64,000 bases of DNA from an uncultured Methylomirabilota bacterium. GTDB taxonomy: Bacteria > Methylomirabilota > Methylomirabilia > Methylomirabilales > 2-02-FULL-66-22. Both the position numbers and the translations under genes were made by a program. The notes beneath the pieces were generated by a model. That model was not told the origin of the DNA. It saw only the letters and a program-made list of their open reading frames with translations, and made no database searches. Shown here piece after piece: positions 60,046 through 64,000 of the stretch (position 1 is its first letter; the number at the start of each line of letters is the position of its first letter). Location of the stretch: contig CAWJSJ010000002.1 of NCBI GenBank assembly GCA_963845565.1, forward strand, positions 1,856,001 to 1,920,000, in the 5' to 3' direction.

Positions 60046-61505
60046 CCGCCCCTGGTGGAGCGGCGGCGGGCGATCTCCTGGTACAGCGCTTCGTATTCCT
60101 TGGCGGACCGGCCCCAGGAGAAGTCGCAGGCCATGGCATTCGCGACCAGTCGACGCCACCGCTCGGGCTGGCGGTATACAGTCGCGGCCTGGCGGATCGT
60201 GGCGAGCAGGGCTTCCGCGGTGGGCTCGGCGAACTTGAATCCGTTCCCGGTGCCCGTCTCGGGGTCGAACGGCTCGATGGTGTCGTCCAGCCCGCCGGTG
60301 GCCCGGACGACGGGGATCGTCCCGTACGCCAGGCTGTACATCTGGTTGAGGCCGCACGGTTCGTACCGGGACGGCATCAGGAAGATGTCGGCGCCGGCCT
60401 CGATCTTGTGGGAGAGGGCCACGTCGAACCCGAGCGTCAGGCCGATGCGAGACGGGTGGCGCGCCTTGGCGGCCTCGAAGGCCTCGTGGAGTTCGGGCTC
60501 CCCGTTCCCCAAGAGGACGAACTGCGCGTCCAGCGCCAGGATCTCATCCAGCGCCTCGGCGACGAGATCCAGACCCTTCTGCACCGCCAGGCGAGAGATG
60601 ATCGCCAGGAGCGGGACATCCGGGCGTTCAGGCAGACCGACCAGCCGCTGCAGGTCCGCCTTGCACATCGCCTTCCCGGCGAGGTCCTCGCGGGAAAAGC
60701 GGGCCGCGATCAGCGGATCATGAGCGGGGTGCCACTCGTCGTAGTCGATGCCGTTCAGGATTCCGTGCACGTCCTTCGCGCGGCCGCGGAGCACGCCGTC
60801 CAGACCGTGACCAAACTCCTCCGTCTGGATCTCCTGGCTGTACTTGCGGCTGACGGTGTTGATCAGGTCGCAGAAGACCAACCCTGCCTTCAGGTAGTTC
60901 ACCTTGCCGTAGAACTCCACACCGAAGGGGTTGAAGACCTCTCGGCCGAGGTTGGCGGCGACCAGGGCGGCGGGGGCGAACAGGCCGTGGTATCCCAAAT
61001 TGTGTACGGTGAAGAGCGTCCCGGCGGCGCGGAAATCCGGCGTCCCCTGAAAGGTGGTCCGAAGATAGGTAGGGACGAGTCCGGTCTGCCAGTCGTTACA
61101 ATGGTAGATATCCGGTTGGAAGCCGGCGGCCCGCCCCAACCCCAGGACGGCGCGCGAGAAGAAGGCGAAGCGCGCGGCATTGTCCGGATGATCCTCTCCG
61201 GCGACCTGGTACAGCCCATCCCGATCGAAGTACCCGTCGTGTTGGATGAGGTAGGCCGGTACGGCGCCGATGGCCCCTTCCCACACGGTCGCCGTTTCGA
61301 CGCGACCGGCCACGGGGATCGGGAAGGCCACGCCGGTTCGCCGGAGCCCGTGGGCGGCGGCATCCACCATCCGATACTTCGGCATGACGACCCGGATGTC
61401 GTGGCCGAGTGCCTTGAGGGCCTTGGGCAGCGCGCCGGCCACATCGGCCAGGCCTCCGGTCTTGGCGAAGGGGGCGACCTCGGATGATGCGTAGAGGATC
61501 CGCAT
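60042..61505 (-). CDS. glgA: Glycogen synthase
   Basis: KTGGLADV, HCNDWQTG, NGID, QKGLD, PSRYEPCGLNQ. Confidence 0.96.
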   Translation of the reverse strand: MRILYASSEVAPFAKTGGLADVAGALPKALKALGHDIRVVMPKYRMVDAAAHGLRRTGVAFPIPVAGRVETATVWEGAIGAVPAYLIQHDGYFDRDGLYQVAGEDHPDNAARFAFFSRAVLGLGRAAGFQPDIYHCNDWQTGLVPTYLRTTFQGTPDFRAAGTLFTVHNLGYHGLFAPAALVAANLGREVFNPFGVEFYGKVNYLKAGLVFCDLINTVSRKYSQEIQTEEFGHGLDGVLRGRAKDVHGILNGIDYDEWHPAHDPLIAARFSREDLAGKAMCKADLQRLVGLPERPDVPLLAIISRLAVQKGLDLVAEALDEILALDAQFVLLGNGEPELHEAFEAAKARHPSRIGLTLGFDVALSHKIEAGADIFLMPSRYEPCGLNQMYSLAYGTIPVVRATGGLDDTIEPFDPETGTGNGFKFAEPTAEALLATIRQAATVYRQPERWRRLVANAMACDFSWGRSAKEYEALYQEIARRRSTRGG

Positions 61506-61594
61506 GGTGTCACCTTTATGGACGTGAAGTGCTCATCATGGGCCCCGCGGACCGCTCGGCGGCCGGCCAACGGTGTGGCCGGGCGCGGAGTCGA

Positions 61595-62401
61595 TCAGCG
61601 CTGCCCTTCTGGTTGCCTCTTAGTCGGCCGTTTTTCCAGGAATGCTTGCACGCCGGCGCGGACCGCTTCGGATTCGAACAACTCGCTGATGGCATCGATC
61701 GAGACCTGCTGGGCCTCCAGGAGATCCATGCACAGACCGCGGTCCATGACGGACTTCACCGTGCGCAGCGTCACCCCCGGATGTCCGGCGATGGTCCGGC
61801 CGACCTCCTGCGCTGCGGCCAAGGCCTGGCCGGCCGGGGCCACGCGATTCACCAGCCCAAGACGCCAGGCCTCACGTGCATCCACCGGCTCGCCGGTGTA
61901 GATCAGTTCGCGGGCGCGGGACTCGCCGATCAAACGCGGGAGCCGCTCCGTCCCGCCCCCGCCGGGAAACACGCCCAGATTGACCTCCGGAAGGCCCAGG
62001 CGGGAAACCTCGCTGGCGACCCGGAGGTCGCACGCCAACGCTAACTCCAGCCCGCCGCCCAGGCAGTGGCCCTCGATGGCGGCGATGGTGGGGATCGGGA
62101 AGAAATCGATGCGGTTGTATAGGGTGTGCTCCTGGACGGCATGGTCGCGCACGCCGCGCCGGGCCACCATGCCCGGGAACTCTTTGATGTCGGCCCCCAC
62201 GGAGAACGCCCGCCCGCCGGCGCCATGCAGGATCAGGCAGCGGACGGCCGGATCGGCGGCGATCTCGTCCAGGCACGCCAGTAGCTCCGTCTTGGTCTGA
62301 TGAGAGAGGGGATTCAGCGGCGGGCGATCGACGACGAGTGTCGCCACGCCTTGCTCGGCGGCCCAGCGCACGAACTGCCGAGGGGCATCGTTCTGCGGCA
62401 T
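61595..62401 (-). CDS. Enoyl-CoA hydratase/isomerase (crotonase family)
   Basis: FSVGADIKE, GGGLELALACD, GLPEV.LG..PG.GGT. Confidence 0.92.
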   Translation of the reverse strand: MPQNDAPRQFVRWAAEQGVATLVVDRPPLNPLSHQTKTELLACLDEIAADPAVRCLILHGAGGRAFSVGADIKEFPGMVARRGVRDHAVQEHTLYNRIDFFPIPTIAAIEGHCLGGGLELALACDLRVASEVSRLGLPEVNLGVFPGGGGTERLPRLIGESRARELIYTGEPVDAREAWRLGLVNRVAPAGQALAAAQEVGRTIAGHPGVTLRTVKSVMDRGLCMDLLEAQQVSIDAISELFESEAVRAGVQAFLEKRPTKRQPEGQR

Positions 62402-62657
62402 GTGTCCTCCGGGGTCTGGTGAGTGTTTCTCGGCGCGTCGCGACTCAGGCGGGTAACTCTACCCCGGAGGCGCGGCGGGATCAAGTCCCATGCGGTGGCC
62501 ATTTGTCAGGAAAGGTAGGCCGACGCGTCTGGGCCGTTGACCGCGACCGCCGATGTGGGAGACACTAGCCCGGTAGTTGTTGCCGACCGACGCCCGGATT
62601 GGTGCCGGGGGCTCGGAGCGGCGCGGGACTCAGGGCGCGAACAGAGAAAGGGGAGCT

Positions 62658-63566
62658 ATGACAACGCTGCTGGCACCCAGGGTGGATCCGGCGCGCGTTC
62701 TCGCGGAAACGGACCGCGGGAAGAAGGCGGCCATGATGCAGTACCTGGCGCAGAAGTTCCGGGTGGATGTGTGGGACATCCTTCACGACAAGGGGACCGG
62801 ACACTGGGGCGGCGCCTCGTCGGTGGCGGAGATCCTCACGACGCTCTACTTCGACGCCATGAAGGTCCGGACCGGCGAACCTCGCTGGCCCGATCGCGAC
62901 CGGCTGGTGCTCTCCAAGGGGCACGCCTCGGCCATGCTCTACACGGTGCTGGCCAACCGTGGGTTCTTCCCGACGGAGGAGCTTCACAGCTTCCGACAGA
63001 TCAACAGCCGACTGCAGGGGCACCCGTGCATGAACGAGACGCCGGGCGTAGACATGTCCACGGGGGCCCTCGGCCACGGGATGTCCGTGAGCCTGGGGAT
63101 GGCCCTGGCGGCCCGGCTCCAGAAGAAATCCTACTGGAGCTACGTGATCATGGGTGAGGGGTGCCTGGACGAGGGCCAGACCTGGGAGGGGTTCATGGCC
63201 GCGGCGAAGTTCAAGCCCGAGCGGCTGGTGGCCATGATCGATTACAACGGCTTCCAGCTCGACGGCAGCAGCGATGAGATCATGCCGCTGGCCCCGCTGT
63301 TCGAGAAATTCAACGCCTTCCAGTGGAACGTGGCGCCCACGCTGTTCAATGGGCATCAGGTCAAGGACGTCCAGCGGGCCCTGGACTGGGCAAACCAGCA
63401 GACCGAATGGCCGGCGGCGATCATCTTCAAGACCAAGAAGGGTCGGGGGATCTCCTTCACGGAGGACACCCACAAGTTCCACGGCGCGGTCATCGACGAT
63501 CAGACCTACGCGAAAGGCCGGCCCGAGCTGCTACAGACCCTGGCAGAACTGGAGGTGGCCCTGTGA
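62658..63566 (+). CDS. Transketolase N-terminal subunit
   Basis: GHWGGASS, LSKGH, LQGHP, STGALGHG, GEGCLDEG, KFHG. Confidence 0.9.
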   Translation: MTTLLAPRVDPARVLAETDRGKKAAMMQYLAQKFRVDVWDILHDKGTGHWGGASSVAEILTTLYFDAMKVRTGEPRWPDRDRLVLSKGHASAMLYTVLANRGFFPTEELHSFRQINSRLQGHPCMNETPGVDMSTGALGHGMSVSLGMALAARLQKKSYWSYVIMGEGCLDEGQTWEGFMAAAKFKPERLVAMIDYNGFQLDGSSDEIMPLAPLFEKFNAFQWNVAPTLFNGHQVKDVQRALDWANQQTEWPAAIIFKTKKGRGISFTEDTHKFHGAVIDDQTYAKGRPELLQTLAELEVAL

Positions 63567-64000
63567 AGAGCGACGTGAAGCTCCTCTCGATGCGTGACGC
63601 GCTGGGGCAGGCGCTGGTGGAACTGGCCCCACAGATCCCCGAGCTGGTCGTGCTGGACGCCGACGTCTCGGCCAGCACCAAGACCGGTGCCTTCGCCAAG
63701 GCTTATCCCGATCGCTTCTTTAACGTGGGCGTGGCCGAGGCCAACATGGCCGATATCGCCGCGGGTTTGGCCACGGCGGGCCTGCGTCCGGTGATCAACA
63801 GTTTCTCCTTGTTCCTGGCGTTGAAGTGCGCCGACCAGATCCGCAACACGATCTGCTACAACAACCTGCCGGTGATCCTGGCGGGTGCGTACGGTGGACT
63901 GTCGGATTCCTACGACGGGGCCAGCCATCAGGCGATCCTGGACGTGGGGATGCTGCGCGTGCTGCCCAACATGGTGGTGATCGTACCGGCGGACGCCGCC
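63563..64000 (+). CDS. Transketolase C-terminal subunit (3' truncated by window edge)
   Basis: GTG overlapping TGA; DADVSASTKT, NVGVAEANM, DSYDGASHQ. Confidence 0.88.
   Translation, partial: MKSDVKLLSMRDALGQALVELAPQIPELVVLDADVSASTKTGAFAKAYPDRFFNVGVAEANMADIAAGLATAGLRPVINSFSLFLALKCADQIRNTICYNNLPVILAGAYGGLSDSYDGASHQAILDVGMLRVLPNMVVIVPADAA

Overview
GC-rich bacterial chromosomal window from a diderm (lpxA present). The codon style and gene mix would fit an NC10/Methylomirabilota- or Rokubacteria-like heterotroph, but that is inference only. The window is dominated by solute uptake and catabolism: one TTT, two DctPQM TRAP, one TAXI-TRAP and two ABC systems; one full-length and two split transketolases; a fused E1 alpha/beta ThDP enzyme; several SDR/MDR/AKR oxidoreductases; and TIM-barrel sugar isomerases. 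Housekeeping-type genes include ligA, lpxA, metF, glgA, an archaeal-type thyA, an AmgK-RapZ fusion plus murU, and an ltaE-like aldolase. There is also a vapBC pair and an operon of three lipolytic lipoproteins. I saw no transposase, integrase, tRNA, rRNA or CRISPR array. The most striking non-coding signals are: (i) seven copies of a ~125-190 bp imperfect-palindromic repeat with conserved mismatches, four of which carry a nested ~22-25 bp mini-hairpin inserted at two different internal sites; (ii) a second ~100 bp double-hairpin repeat whose inverted copies bracket a 5 kb gene block; (iii) a promoter-preceded, ~185 nt rod-like structured RNA candidate at ~47410-47600. Two of the three transketolases show active-site substitutions suggesting non-canonical substrates.
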